NCBI GenBank assembly: GCA_040755855.1
Contig: JBFMAD010000007.1
Span: 120,731 to 184,730, forward strand
Reading direction: 5' to 3'
Source: Planctomycetota bacterium
Lineage (GTDB): Bacteria; Planctomycetota; Brocadiia; JAADGH01
DNA length: 64,000 nt
Of this stretch, positions 45,638 to 55,245 are shown in pieces (positions within the stretch are counted from its first letter, which is position 1; every line of letters starts with the position of its first letter). The notes beneath the pieces were generated by a model. The model was not told the DNA's origin. It worked only from the letters and a program-made list of their open reading frames with translations, and ran no database searches. The position numbers and the translations under genes were made by a program.

Positions 45638-46873
45638 ATGACATCATCCGGCTTTTCCTTCGGCTCTGCCAAGGTTGACATCACGCCGCGCACGGGCCTG
45701 CCCATGGCCGGATACTCCGGCCGCACGGCCCCGGCGGAGGGCGCGCATTCGCCCCTCTACGCCCGCGCGTTCGTGTGCCAGGGAAACGGCAACCGGGTCG
45801 CGCTGGCGTCGGTGGATGTGATCGGCATCGGACGGGACGACACGAACGCCATCCGCAGAAAGGTGGAGGATGCGACGGGCATCCCGCCGGAACGCATCCT
45901 AATCGCCACCACCCATTCGCACTCGGGCCCGGTCACGACCTACTTCCGCACCGTGCAGCCGGACCCCGCCTACATGCAGGCGCTGGGGGACGGGATAACA
46001 GAGGCGGCGGGCCGCGCCGCGGCGAACGTCCGCCCCGCGCGAATGGGATTTGCCCAGGGCGAGGCGGCCCGGTTTCACATGAACCGTCGCGACAAGGCCC
46101 AACCCACCGATCCCACCCTTTCCGTGGCAAGGTTCGTTGACGAGCGAAACCGGACTTTGGGCGCATGGGTGAACTATGGCTGCCATCCCACCAACGTCGG
46201 GAATCTCTTCTACTCCTCCGAGTACTGTGGCGTGCTGTGCAACGTCGTGGAGGGGGAACTGGAGGGAACGGCCATGTTCCTGAACGGATGTCACGGCGAT
46301 GTGAATCCCCATCGGCCCAACAAGAATTTTGATGATGTGGAGACGATGGGAAAGGGACTGGCCGACGTCGCGCTCGGATTGCTTCGTGACATGAACTACA
46401 CCGAACCGAATTCCGTCGGCGGCGGATCGGCGATGGTGCAAGTCCCTCTCGACGCGCCGCCCACACTCGCGGCATTGAAGGCCATGGCCGACGCGCCGAA
46501 AGGCCCCGCGTATGAGAAGCAGTGGGCCCGGGATTGGATCGCCGTCCATGAGGCCGGGAAGCCTATTCCCGCGACGACGGAGATCGAGTTCCAGTGGTTT
46601 CGCATCGGCGAACTGACGCTGGTCTGCTTCCCCGGCCAGGTGTTCTCGTCATGGGGGCTGGAGCTGCGGCGGCGATGGGCGGGCGGTCCGCTCATGATCG
46701 TGAACCAAGCGAACGACCACGCCGGCTACTTCCCCGACAAACTCGGCTGGGAGAAGGGCGGCTACGAGGTCCGCTCCGCCTTCAAGTTCAACTCCGACCG
46801 CCCTGCCCCGACGACATGGGAGGCGGGGAAAAGACTCGTCGAGACGGCATTGTCTGTCCAGAGCCTCGTGTGA
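45638..46873 (+). CDS. Neutral/alkaline ceramidase N-terminal-domain-like metallohydrolase (3)
   Basis: VDITP..GLPMAGY, TTHSHSGP, NYGCHP, FLNGCHGD, GYFPD...GGYE; start trimmed to ATG 45638. Confidence 0.8.
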   Translation: MTSSGFSFGSAKVDITPRTGLPMAGYSGRTAPAEGAHSPLYARAFVCQGNGNRVALASVDVIGIGRDDTNAIRRKVEDATGIPPERILIATTHSHSGPVTTYFRTVQPDPAYMQALGDGITEAAGRAAANVRPARMGFAQGEAARFHMNRRDKAQPTDPTLSVARFVDERNRTLGAWVNYGCHPTNVGNLFYSSEYCGVLCNVVEGELEGTAMFLNGCHGDVNPHRPNKNFDDVETMGKGLADVALGLLRDMNYTEPNSVGGGSAMVQVPLDAPPTLAALKAMADAPKGPAYEKQWARDWIAVHEAGKPIPATTEIEFQWFRIGELTLVCFPGQVFSSWGLELRRRWAGGPLMIVNQANDHAGYFPDKLGWEKGGYEVRSAFKFNSDRPAPTTWEAGKRLVETALSVQSLV

Positions 46874-46893
46874 TGTGTGTGCGGGAGGAGACC

Positions 46894-49455
46894 GTGAAGC
46901 GACCGACAACGTTTCTCGCTGTGATGGGAATGTGGGTTTTCGCGTCCGCTTCGTGCGCCGGCCAAGCGGCCTCGGCCTTGCCGCCGATCGAGGACGCTAT
47001 CCGGGTGGAAGCCCAGAAGGTGCCCTTCGCCGAGGCGGCCCAGGTGAGTCTCCCTGCGCTGCCCCAGAAGCCGGAGAAGATCGTCGTCCTCCGCTTTCGC
47101 GCCGTGGCCATCAGCCCAGGGCCGGGCGGGTGCAACCTCAATCTCTCGCTTCGCCTCAACGACGCCCCCATTACCCGTCGCGCCTCCGGCGGGCGCGAGC
47201 GGCTCATCGGGCGAACCGCGACATTCCAGTTTGCCGGAGAAGACACGCGAATCTTTCCGGTGTTCAGCGGATCGAGAATCAACCTGATGTACGCCCCGGA
47301 CACAAAGACCGGCGACGGCATGGCGCGAAACGGACTCGGCGCGACCTTCCTGCTGGACATCTCCGATATCGCCCGCGGCGTTGACGGGAACACGCTACAC
47401 ATCCAGAATGCCCGACAACACAGGACGAAGGACGGCAGCGGCGACGTCCTCGTGGAAACCATCGAGATCGGCTGGCTCGACAAGACCCTCCTCCCGGCGC
47501 CCAGGAACGAGGTCCCGAGGCGTGGCGAGATATCCCGCTCCGTGGCCGGAGACGGACTGCGCCTATCGCTGGCCAAGGGCGGCGGCTTCGCCGTGGCGGC
47601 CCCGGACGGGCCGGAGTTGAGGGTCGAATCCACTGTCGGCATGGACCCGGCCGCTCCGTCGGTCCTCATCGCCGATGACCAGGCGCGGGAGCAGAAGGGG
47701 CCGCAGCTCACCCGAACCGACTTCGGCCCACGAGGGTTCTGCATCACCGCCATCTGGCCGACCCGGAAACTCAGCAGAACGATTGAAATCAAGGATGGTC
47801 TTGTGCGCTGGGGGGAGGAATGGACAAACACCGGCGACAAGACCATCGGCATGCCCTTCCGCCACCGCCTGTTCTTGCAGGGAGACTCGGCGCGCTGTCT
47901 CTTGGCCGGCAACCCCGACGCCGACGCCCTGGCGGGGAGCGCTCAGAACCCAACGCTGTTTCTGGAGTCGCAGGCCCGGAGCGGCAACGGCTTCGGCCTC
48001 ACGGCGGAGAGCGACTGGCTGCGTCTCTTGATGGCGATGCGGACGAGCGGGGGCCTGAGCGAGATCTACTCCGACACGCTCGCTCTTGCGCCGGGGTCGA
48101 GCATTGACTTTGATCTCACCCTCACGCCTGTGCGGGATGGCGGCGGATACTGGACATTCATCAACGCCCTGCGGAAGCGCTGGGGCGTCAATGGGTTCTG
48201 CGTAGACCGCCCTGTGTTCTGGAAATACGCCCGCGCGGGGGCCGAGACGCCGGAGGAGCGGGTGCGGAGCTCGCTTGGACACCTGGGACCGATCTACGTG
48301 GCTCACTCCCCGTGGGCGAGGGCCGGGGACGACGCCGTCACGGTTCGCACCGGCCGATACCCCAAGCTGCCCCCAGACTCGCCGCGCGCACCGGGGAAGT
48401 GCCCGGACCTGGATGTGGAGGCGTTTCTCTCCTTCGCGCATCGTGAGGCGGGCTGGCGCGCCTTCGCTCAGGATGTGGAGACCATCCACCGCGTGTGCCC
48501 GCAGGTGAAGGTCATCCAGATAGCCCACCCGGCGATGGAGGTGATCTACAAACCCCTCGCGGGCCGATGGCCCATCGCTGCCGAGGCCATTCGCACACCC
48601 GAGGGAACGATCTTCGAGGTCTTCCATTACAGCCAAGCCCACCTGCGCGATTATGTGGCGAAGGATTGGGGCGTCCTGTATTATTCTCCCCGGCCCGGGT
48701 CGAGCTACCTGGCCGAGCTGCTCGGCGGCGTCCGACGCAGCATGGACGAGTGCAAGAGCGACGGGATCTACTGCGACGAGTTCAGTTGGGCCTTTTCCGG
48801 TCGCCACTACAGCCGCTACGACTACAGCCGATGGGACGGCTACTCGGCGGATCTGGATGCGGAAGGGAACGTGGTCCGGCTGAAGTGCGACAACGCGCAC
48901 GTCACCGAGTCGTGCCAGCTTCAAATGGTACACGAGGTGCTAAGGCGCGGGAAGTTCTTCCTGGGCAACGGGGCGGCGGCGCTGCGGAGCGTGACCGAAT
49001 TGCCCATCGCCCGATTCATCGAGGGCGGCAACGGCTACGGCACAATGGCCGGGGGCCACCTGTCCACCGTCCCGCTCGTCTTCGGCAACATGGGGGATGA
49101 GAAGACGAAGCAGGGGATTTTCGAGAGCGTGAAAGTGTGCCTCTCGCTCGGGTGCGTCTATTCGCCGAGGGCGGTGAACCTGCTGCTTGACGGGCCTGAC
49201 AATTTTGTCTGCAAGCTCTATCCCATCACCATCCGCGAAATCGGCCCGGGCTGGGTGACGGCGGAGGAGCGCGTAATCACCACCGTGTCGCGCTCCTTCG
49301 ACTGGCCCGGACGGGACGCCGACATCCGGCTGTATCGCTACAGTCCCAACGGCGAGGGCATGGGGGCGGCCGCGGTTGTTAGGGGCGGAGCGAACCAGAA
49401 GCTCGATCTAAACGTCCCGGAGAAGGGGCTTGCTATCGCGGAGATCGTGAAATAA
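46894..49455 (+). CDS. Secreted hypothetical protein, possible glycoside hydrolase
   Basis: GTG after GGAGGAG; signal-like KRPTTFLAVMGMWVFASASCA; SDGIYCDEF resembles the nucleophile strand of alpha-retaining TIM-barrel GHs. Confidence 0.55.
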   Translation: MKRPTTFLAVMGMWVFASASCAGQAASALPPIEDAIRVEAQKVPFAEAAQVSLPALPQKPEKIVVLRFRAVAISPGPGGCNLNLSLRLNDAPITRRASGGRERLIGRTATFQFAGEDTRIFPVFSGSRINLMYAPDTKTGDGMARNGLGATFLLDISDIARGVDGNTLHIQNARQHRTKDGSGDVLVETIEIGWLDKTLLPAPRNEVPRRGEISRSVAGDGLRLSLAKGGGFAVAAPDGPELRVESTVGMDPAAPSVLIADDQAREQKGPQLTRTDFGPRGFCITAIWPTRKLSRTIEIKDGLVRWGEEWTNTGDKTIGMPFRHRLFLQGDSARCLLAGNPDADALAGSAQNPTLFLESQARSGNGFGLTAESDWLRLLMAMRTSGGLSEIYSDTLALAPGSSIDFDLTLTPVRDGGGYWTFINALRKRWGVNGFCVDRPVFWKYARAGAETPEERVRSSLGHLGPIYVAHSPWARAGDDAVTVRTGRYPKLPPDSPRAPGKCPDLDVEAFLSFAHREAGWRAFAQDVETIHRVCPQVKVIQIAHPAMEVIYKPLAGRWPIAAEAIRTPEGTIFEVFHYSQAHLRDYVAKDWGVLYYSPRPGSSYLAELLGGVRRSMDECKSDGIYCDEFSWAFSGRHYSRYDYSRWDGYSADLDAEGNVVRLKCDNAHVTESCQLQMVHEVLRRGKFFLGNGAAALRSVTELPIARFIEGGNGYGTMAGGHLSTVPLVFGNMGDEKTKQGIFESVKVCLSLGCVYSPRAVNLLLDGPDNFVCKLYPITIREIGPGWVTAEERVITTVSRSFDWPGRDADIRLYRYSPNGEGMGAAAVVRGGANQKLDLNVPEKGLAIAEIVK

Positions 49456-49473
49456 GGAGGGGCCATAAACACC

Positions 49474-50628
49474 ATGCAGAAAGGCGCTCTGTCGTCGCGG
49501 GACCGTTTGATGGCGACGTTGAACCACCAGGAACCCGACCACGTGCCGGTCATGTTCTGGGGGACCATCGCACCGCTGCGGGATCGCTGGAAGGATCGGT
49601 TCGATCGCGTCCTCAAGCTGCGCGAACTCGGCGTGGACGACCAGATGACCATCGGCGCCCCGTGGGCCTATCACCCCGACGTGAAAGTGACCGTCACCCG
49701 CGACAACTCGCACGCCGACTATCCCCGTCTCACCAAGACGCTCGAAACTCCCAAAGGGACATTGCGCCTGACGGTGAAAAAGACCCCCGACTACCCGTGG
49801 GACAATCCGCCGCTGGTGGGCGATCACAACTGGTCGCGCGCGACGGAGTTCCTGGTGAAGGGCCCGGAGGACCTGGACAAACTGCGCTACCTCTTCTACG
49901 ATACGGCGAAGACCGATCTGACCTCATTCCGGGAAAACGCGAAGCGCGTCAGGCAGTTCTGTGCGGAGGAGCACGTTCTGGTCAACGGCCATGCCGCAAG
50001 TCCGTCGAACTTCGCCATGGGCCTCGTCGGCGCGAGCAACATGATGATGCACTCCGTGGACAATCTCGGGTTCATTGAAGAACTGCTTGACATCATCCAC
50101 ACATGGAGCACGCGCCGCCTGGAGATCGTCCTGGAGGAGGGGCCGGACACGGTGCAGTTCAGCGGCATCTACGAGAGCACCGCCTTCTGGTCGCCGAGGG
50201 ATTTCGCGCAGCTCTTCTTGCCGCGCGTGAAAGAGTACGCCGATCTCGCCCACCATGCCGGTGCGACGTTCCACTACTTCTCCGACGCGCGGATCATGGA
50301 TCATCTCGAGACGTTCCGAGACATGGGTGTGGACGCGCTCTCGTATCTGAACCCTCCGCCTATGGGCGATGCAGACTTGGCAGAAATCAAACGGCGCGTT
50401 GGAGATACGATCTGCCTCTGGGGCGGCGTCAGCGCGCCGCTGACCATCGAACAGGGAACCTCCGAAGATGTTCGCGAGGCGGTCAAGAGCGCCATCCGCG
50501 TCGCCGCACCCGGCGGCGGCTTCATCCTCGCCACGGCCGATGCGATCATGAAGGAAAGCGCCTACGACAATATGATGACGATGATCCGGACATGCCGCGA
50601 GTTTGGCAAATACCCGATTCGCATATAG
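49474..50628 (+). CDS. Uroporphyrinogen decarboxylase (UroD/MtaA-CmuA) superfamily protein (1)
   Basis: SSRDRLMATLNHQEPDHVPV, ETPKGTL, ICLWGGV, APGGGFIL. Confidence 0.82.
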   Translation: MQKGALSSRDRLMATLNHQEPDHVPVMFWGTIAPLRDRWKDRFDRVLKLRELGVDDQMTIGAPWAYHPDVKVTVTRDNSHADYPRLTKTLETPKGTLRLTVKKTPDYPWDNPPLVGDHNWSRATEFLVKGPEDLDKLRYLFYDTAKTDLTSFRENAKRVRQFCAEEHVLVNGHAASPSNFAMGLVGASNMMMHSVDNLGFIEELLDIIHTWSTRRLEIVLEEGPDTVQFSGIYESTAFWSPRDFAQLFLPRVKEYADLAHHAGATFHYFSDARIMDHLETFRDMGVDALSYLNPPPMGDADLAEIKRRVGDTICLWGGVSAPLTIEQGTSEDVREAVKSAIRVAAPGGGFILATADAIMKESAYDNMMTMIRTCREFGKYPIRI

Positions 50629-50640
50629 GACACAGGAGCC

Positions 50641-51711
50641 ATGGAGAAAATTCGCGTGGCGGTTGTCGGCCTTCGGTTCGGCAGGACGTGGATGAATGGT
50701 TTTCGCCATCATCCGCAGTGTCAAATCGAATGCCTTTGCGACCTCGATCCCGATAGGCTGGCCGGCGCCGCGGACGAAACCAAGCCGCGTTTCACAACGT
50801 CGAGCCTTGACGAGGTTCTGGCCAACGACGCCATCGACGTCGTGGCGCTGTTCACGCCGGCCCCGCTCCATGGCAAGCAGGCGGCCGCAGCGCTCCGCGC
50901 TGGGAAGCATGTGCTGTCCGCCGTGCCCGCCGCCGACACGCTTGACTACTGCCGCGATCTCTGGGCTGCGGCCCGGGAGTCCGGGCGAGTGTACATGTTG
51001 GCCGAGAACTGGCCCTACGAGCCGAGCATCCTGAAGGCGCAGGAACTTTACCGCAGCGGAAAGCTGGGCGAGATCTACTACGGGGAGGCGGAGTATCACC
51101 ATCACCTGGAAAGCCTGTGGTTCACGCCCGACGGCAAGCCGACGTGGCGGCACACCCGCGATCCTTTGCTCTATCCAACGCATGGCATCGGACCGTATCT
51201 CCACATGACCGGCGACCGGTTCGTCGAGGCGACGGGCTACGCCGTGTCGGGCAAGCGCCCACCAGGAGCGGAGGTGAAGAAGGGCTGGCTGCAGGTTGCC
51301 ATGCTTCGGTCGGAGCGGGGAACGTTGTTCAAACTGTTGAATTCCTTTTGCAATGTGCATCCGGGCGGACACTATCTCTCCTTCTACGGCGACCGCGGCA
51401 GCTTCGAGACCGCCCGCGGCCATGAGGGGCGGACGGTGGCGACCTACTGGCTGCTCGGCGACGAGACGAAGGAGATGCGCCGGGAGAAGTGCGAGTATCC
51501 CCCGTTGCCGGACTATGCGCAAGGCATGGGCGCGCACGCCGGCTCGGCCGTGGGCATTATCGGCGATTTCGTGCGGGCGATTGTCGAGGGCAAACCGTCG
51601 CCGATTGATGTCACACTTGCGCTGAACATGACGCTGCCGGGCATCTGCGCCGTCGAGTCAATCCGCACCGGAAAGCCGGTTGAGATTCCTGATCCAACGA
51701 CTGATTTCTGA
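50641..51711 (+). CDS. Gfo/Idh/MocA family oxidoreductase
   Basis: VAVVGLRFG, GKHVLSAVP, YMLAEN, YGEAEYHH, LYPTHGIGP. Confidence 0.88.
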   Translation: MEKIRVAVVGLRFGRTWMNGFRHHPQCQIECLCDLDPDRLAGAADETKPRFTTSSLDEVLANDAIDVVALFTPAPLHGKQAAAALRAGKHVLSAVPAADTLDYCRDLWAAARESGRVYMLAENWPYEPSILKAQELYRSGKLGEIYYGEAEYHHHLESLWFTPDGKPTWRHTRDPLLYPTHGIGPYLHMTGDRFVEATGYAVSGKRPPGAEVKKGWLQVAMLRSERGTLFKLLNSFCNVHPGGHYLSFYGDRGSFETARGHEGRTVATYWLLGDETKEMRREKCEYPPLPDYAQGMGAHAGSAVGIIGDFVRAIVEGKPSPIDVTLALNMTLPGICAVESIRTGKPVEIPDPTTDF

Positions 51712-51735
51712 GCGCGTCGAAAGGGAGGAAGTAAA

Positions 51736-52878
51736 GTGGCAAGAGGCGAGATGACGGGGCGTGAACGGATTCTGACGACGATGCGCCACAAGGAGCCGGA
51801 TCGGGTTCCGATCTCGCCGCGCGTTGCCGCATGGCTCCAGGCGGAGTTCGGCAGTACGTCGCTGGCGACGATGATGGAGAACCTGCCGGACATGGACTTT
51901 ATGCACATCGTGGGCGACGGCACGCTGAATGTTCTCGACTCCTATCCGGATGAGTACCATTTGACGGAGGTGAAAGTTGACCAGAGGAAATATGCCGAGG
52001 ACGATTTTTTGGTGGTCGAAAGGACGTTCCACACCCCGACAGGAGACCTTTCCGACCGGACCAAAATCCCGCCGAAAGGACGGGAGTTCGGCGTCTCGCC
52101 GAATCCCATCAAAACGGAACACGTCGTCAAGAGGCCCGAAGACCTCCAAGCCCTGAGATACATCCTTCACGAGGTCAACACCAACTTCGGTTTCGTACAC
52201 AAGGCCCAGGAGGAGATCGGCGACCGCGGCGTGGTGATGGTCTGCGTCCGGAGCGCGCTCGACCACAACGCCGGCTACGCGCGCGACATGCAGGACCTGA
52301 TGATGGACTACTACGACAACCGCGCCTTCTTCGACGAGATGGTCGGCCTGTTTCAGGAGCGGTCGTTGCGGATCATCAAGGCGGCGCTCGAAGGCGGCGT
52401 CGAGTTCATCTTTGGAAGTTGGTATTTCAACTCGCTTTCGGCCGGTTGGTCGCCGGCAATTTTTGAGGAGGTGTTCGTTCCACAGATTAGGGAACATGTA
52501 AGCCTAACACACGAATATGGGGTGTATTATGACTATTACGATGACGGCAAATTGTCCAGGACGATGGAGATGATCGCGGACGCGGGCGTGGATGTGCTGG
52601 AGACCTGCACCCCGCCGCCCGTCGGCGACTTCGATCTCGCCGCGGCCAAGAGGAGCATCGGCGGCAAGACGACGCTCAAGGGATACGTTGATCTGCTCTA
52701 TGTCATCAAGCACGGCACGCCTGACCTGGTCGAGCGGACCGTGCGCGAGGCGATGGAGATCGCCAAGCCCGGCGGCGGCTTCATCATAGGAAGCTCCGAC
52801 AGCTTCCGCGAAGGGACGCCGCGAGAGAACATTGACACGTACTTCGATGCGTGCAAGAGATACGGCAAATATGCGTAG
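51736..52878 (+). CDS. Uroporphyrinogen decarboxylase (UroD/MtaA-CmuA) superfamily protein (2)
   Basis: MTGRERIL..EPDRVPISP, HTPTGDL, TPPPVGDFDL, PGGGFIIGSSD. Confidence 0.82.
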   Translation: MARGEMTGRERILTTMRHKEPDRVPISPRVAAWLQAEFGSTSLATMMENLPDMDFMHIVGDGTLNVLDSYPDEYHLTEVKVDQRKYAEDDFLVVERTFHTPTGDLSDRTKIPPKGREFGVSPNPIKTEHVVKRPEDLQALRYILHEVNTNFGFVHKAQEEIGDRGVVMVCVRSALDHNAGYARDMQDLMMDYYDNRAFFDEMVGLFQERSLRIIKAALEGGVEFIFGSWYFNSLSAGWSPAIFEEVFVPQIREHVSLTHEYGVYYDYYDDGKLSRTMEMIADAGVDVLETCTPPPVGDFDLAAAKRSIGGKTTLKGYVDLLYVIKHGTPDLVERTVREAMEIAKPGGGFIIGSSDSFREGTPRENIDTYFDACKRYGKYA

Positions 52879-52892
52879 AAAGGAATTTGGTC

Positions 52893-54122
52893 ATGGCGAA
52901 ACTGGCAATCAATGGCGGCAAGAAGGTGCGGACCAAACCGATGGGCGTGAGCTGGCCCATCTATGACGACCGCGAGGCGAAGGCGCTGACGGAAGTGCTT
53001 CGGAGCGGCAAGTGGGGGAGCACATCGGGAACAAAGGTTCGAGAATTTGAAAAATCCTTCGCCGAATTCTGCAAAGCGAAGCACGCCCTCTGTCTGACCA
53101 ACGGCACGGCGGCGTTGGAGGTGGCGCTGCGCGCAGCCGGCGTAGGGGTGGGGGATCAGGTGATCGTCCCGCCCTACACCTTCATCGCCACCGCGAGCGC
53201 GGTGGTCATGGTCGGCGGCGTCCCAGTCTTCGTGGACATCGAGCCGGGCACGATGAACATTGACCCGGCGAAGATCGAGCCGGCTGTCACCGAGCGGACG
53301 AAGGCGATCATCGCCGTCCACATCGGCGGGCGACCGGCGAACATGGACGGCGTGCTGAAGGTCGCAAAGAAGCACAACCTCAAGGTGATCGAGGACGCCT
53401 GCCAGGCGCACGGGGCGTCGTGGCGCGGCCAGCCGGTGGGGTCTATGGGCAATGCCGGGGCCTTCAGCTTCCAGGCGTCGAAGAACATCAACTCCGGCGA
53501 GGGTGGGGCCGTCGTGACGAACGACGACGACTTTTACCTGCGGTGCTACTCGCTCGTCAACGTCGGCCGCATCCCGGAGGGCGAGTGGTATCAACACGAA
53601 TACCTCGGCTCGAACTACCGCATGACGGAGTTCCAGGGCGCGATCCTGCCGGTCCAGATGTCGCGCTGGGAGGAGCAGCAGAAGCGGCGCGAGGAGAACG
53701 GCGCGTATCTCGACTCCATGCTGAGGGAGATTGACGGCGTCTCGCCGATGGACGACGACCCGCGCGTGACGCGGAACGCATACCATCTCTACATCTTTCG
53801 GTATCACGCTGACCGCTTCAACGGCAAGCCGAAGAGCCGCTTCCTCCAGGCGCTCTCCGCCGAGGGCATCGGCGCGAGCGGCGGCTATACGCCCCTCCAC
53901 ACGAGCGGCATGTTCCAGCGCCTGTCGAAGCGACTTGCGGAGATTGACTTCTACGGCGGCCCGGCGATTGACTATGCCTCGGTCAAACTCCCCGTGACAC
54001 AGAACGCCTGCGACCATGAGGCCTGCTGGTTTCCGCAGTCTCGCCTGCTCGGGCCGAAGGAAGACATGGAGGACATTGCGAAGGCGATGCGGAAGATACG
54101 GGAGAATTGCGGGGAACTGTGA
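52893..54122 (+). CDS. DegT/DnrJ/EryC1/StrS family PLP aminotransferase (3)
   Basis: LAINGG..WPIYD, TNGTAALE, EDACQAHG, FSFQASKNINSGEGG, GSNYRMTEFQ; ATG after AAGGAA. Confidence 0.93.
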   Translation: MAKLAINGGKKVRTKPMGVSWPIYDDREAKALTEVLRSGKWGSTSGTKVREFEKSFAEFCKAKHALCLTNGTAALEVALRAAGVGVGDQVIVPPYTFIATASAVVMVGGVPVFVDIEPGTMNIDPAKIEPAVTERTKAIIAVHIGGRPANMDGVLKVAKKHNLKVIEDACQAHGASWRGQPVGSMGNAGAFSFQASKNINSGEGGAVVTNDDDFYLRCYSLVNVGRIPEGEWYQHEYLGSNYRMTEFQGAILPVQMSRWEEQQKRREENGAYLDSMLREIDGVSPMDDDPRVTRNAYHLYIFRYHADRFNGKPKSRFLQALSAEGIGASGGYTPLHTSGMFQRLSKRLAEIDFYGGPAIDYASVKLPVTQNACDHEACWFPQSRLLGPKEDMEDIAKAMRKIRENCGEL

Positions 54123-54255
54123 AGCGCCGGCTCCGGCGAAGCGAATTGTTGGACAGACAGCTCGGCAAGGAGCATGTGGCGGAAACTGAGGCCCGCGTAT
54201 GCTGCCGCTCTTCACACTTTGGCGATAGACATCTTGGCGAGGAAGGCGTTTACGA

Positions 54256-54331
54256 TGGTGGGCGCGGCAGGACTCGGACCTGCGACCTCTTGAGTGTGAT
54301 TCAAGCGTTCTAGCCTCTGAACTACGCGCCC
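54256..54331 (-). tRNA. tRNA-Val (anticodon CAC), CCA encoded
   Basis: GGGCGCG TA GTTC AGAGGCTA GAAC G CTTGA ATCACAC TCAAG AGGTC GCAGG TCCGAGT CCTGC CGCGCCC ACCA: 76 nt, all four stems pair. Confidence 0.95.
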
Positions 54332-54353
54332 GGTCTTGCTGTCTTGATAAGCA

Positions 54354-54382
54354 ATAATACCACCGGCGGCTGTCGGTTTCAA
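54354..54382 (-). promoter_or_regulatory. Sigma70 promoter for tRNA-Val
   Basis: Minus strand TTGAAA-17 nt-TATTAT with TGn extension. Confidence 0.65.
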
Positions 54383-54534
54383 GCGGTTTTTCTGCCGGTT
54401 GTGTTGTTTGCTGCGGATCGGAGGTGTGGGAAAACCATAGATACGCCCTACGGGATCATGTTGGGCATTGCCACGCACGAAGCTGAAGACCACCCTTGAC
54501 CGCGCTGTGTGCGCGCGACTACAATGGTTCCGCC

Positions 54535-55206
54535 ATGACCGACATCGGAAAAAACCCCTGGCCGCGCTCCTGGCCGCCGTTCTGGCGCGCTGCGCTACAC
54601 GTCGCCATCGCGACGGCGGCGGGGAATTTTCTCTTCTCGGCGGTTTGGGCGCCCGTGTGGATGCTTATCGGATCCAGCCTGGACATCAATCCTCTTATCG
54701 CTCCACTGACTCAGGTGGGTGCGCTTCTTTGTGGTCCCATAGTCATCTGCCTACTTTCTGCAACAAGATGGCGAACGAGGGCGGCACTTGTTTTTTCATT
54801 TGCCCTCGGAAGTGGGACGATGTTGCGTTTGTTGTATAGCAAACCGGAATGGGGCGAAGCCGCGTTCGTAGGGTTCGCCATTCTGGGATGTACGATTGCG
54901 GTTGCCTGTTTCGCTCTCCTGCAGCCTTCGGTTCGATGGCGTCGGGCTGGCCTTGCGGTGGCTATGGGAGCTGCAATCCTGTTGCTGTGGGGCGCGTGGA
55001 TGCCTGCCACGCGATGGGCGTTTGATCGGTGGTTTCCCCGCGGGGCGGGGATTCAGCCCTCAAGAATGGAGGTCCTGGTCGTGTTCCAGTTTCTTGTGTG
55101 TAATTTTCTCCCTCTCTCACTTGCCTACGCAGTTGCGGCGAGGATTCTCGTGGGATCAGTGGAAAGGGCCTGCATAAGTAAGAGGAGAGAGCATGACCAA
55201 GACTGA
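54535..55206 (+). CDS. Hypothetical polytopic membrane protein
   Basis: About six hydrophobic helices; ATG 54535 follows TTGACC-18-TACAAT (54496-54525) with no SD. Confidence 0.6.
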   Translation: MTDIGKNPWPRSWPPFWRAALHVAIATAAGNFLFSAVWAPVWMLIGSSLDINPLIAPLTQVGALLCGPIVICLLSATRWRTRAALVFSFALGSGTMLRLLYSKPEWGEAAFVGFAILGCTIAVACFALLQPSVRWRRAGLAVAMGAAILLLWGAWMPATRWAFDRWFPRGAGIQPSRMEVLVVFQFLVCNFLPLSLAYAVAARILVGSVERACISKRREHDQD

Positions 55207-55243
55207 GAAAACTCCCTGGCCTGCCTTGTGGCCGCCATTTTTC
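55193..55243 (+). pseudogene. N-terminal remnant of a tandem paralog of the preceding membrane protein
   Basis: MTKTEKTPWPALWPPFF vs MTDIGKNPWPRSWPPFW; GAGGAG RBS; similarity stops at the heptamer array. Confidence 0.55.
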
Positions 55244-55245
55244 CC

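Noticed and set aside
49474..52878. hemE assignment for the UroD-like genes
   Set aside because: Lack the MRQAGR motif of true uroporphyrinogen decarboxylase.
54123..54155. attC-like end (GCGAATTGTTGGAC) after the last DegT gene
   Set aside because: No matching inverse core or integron integrase; only a 6-bp hairpin.
30000..54255. tRNA-anchored genomic island downstream of tRNA-Val
   Set aside because: No integrase and I found no duplicated tRNA 3' end in the window; composition looks like the rest.
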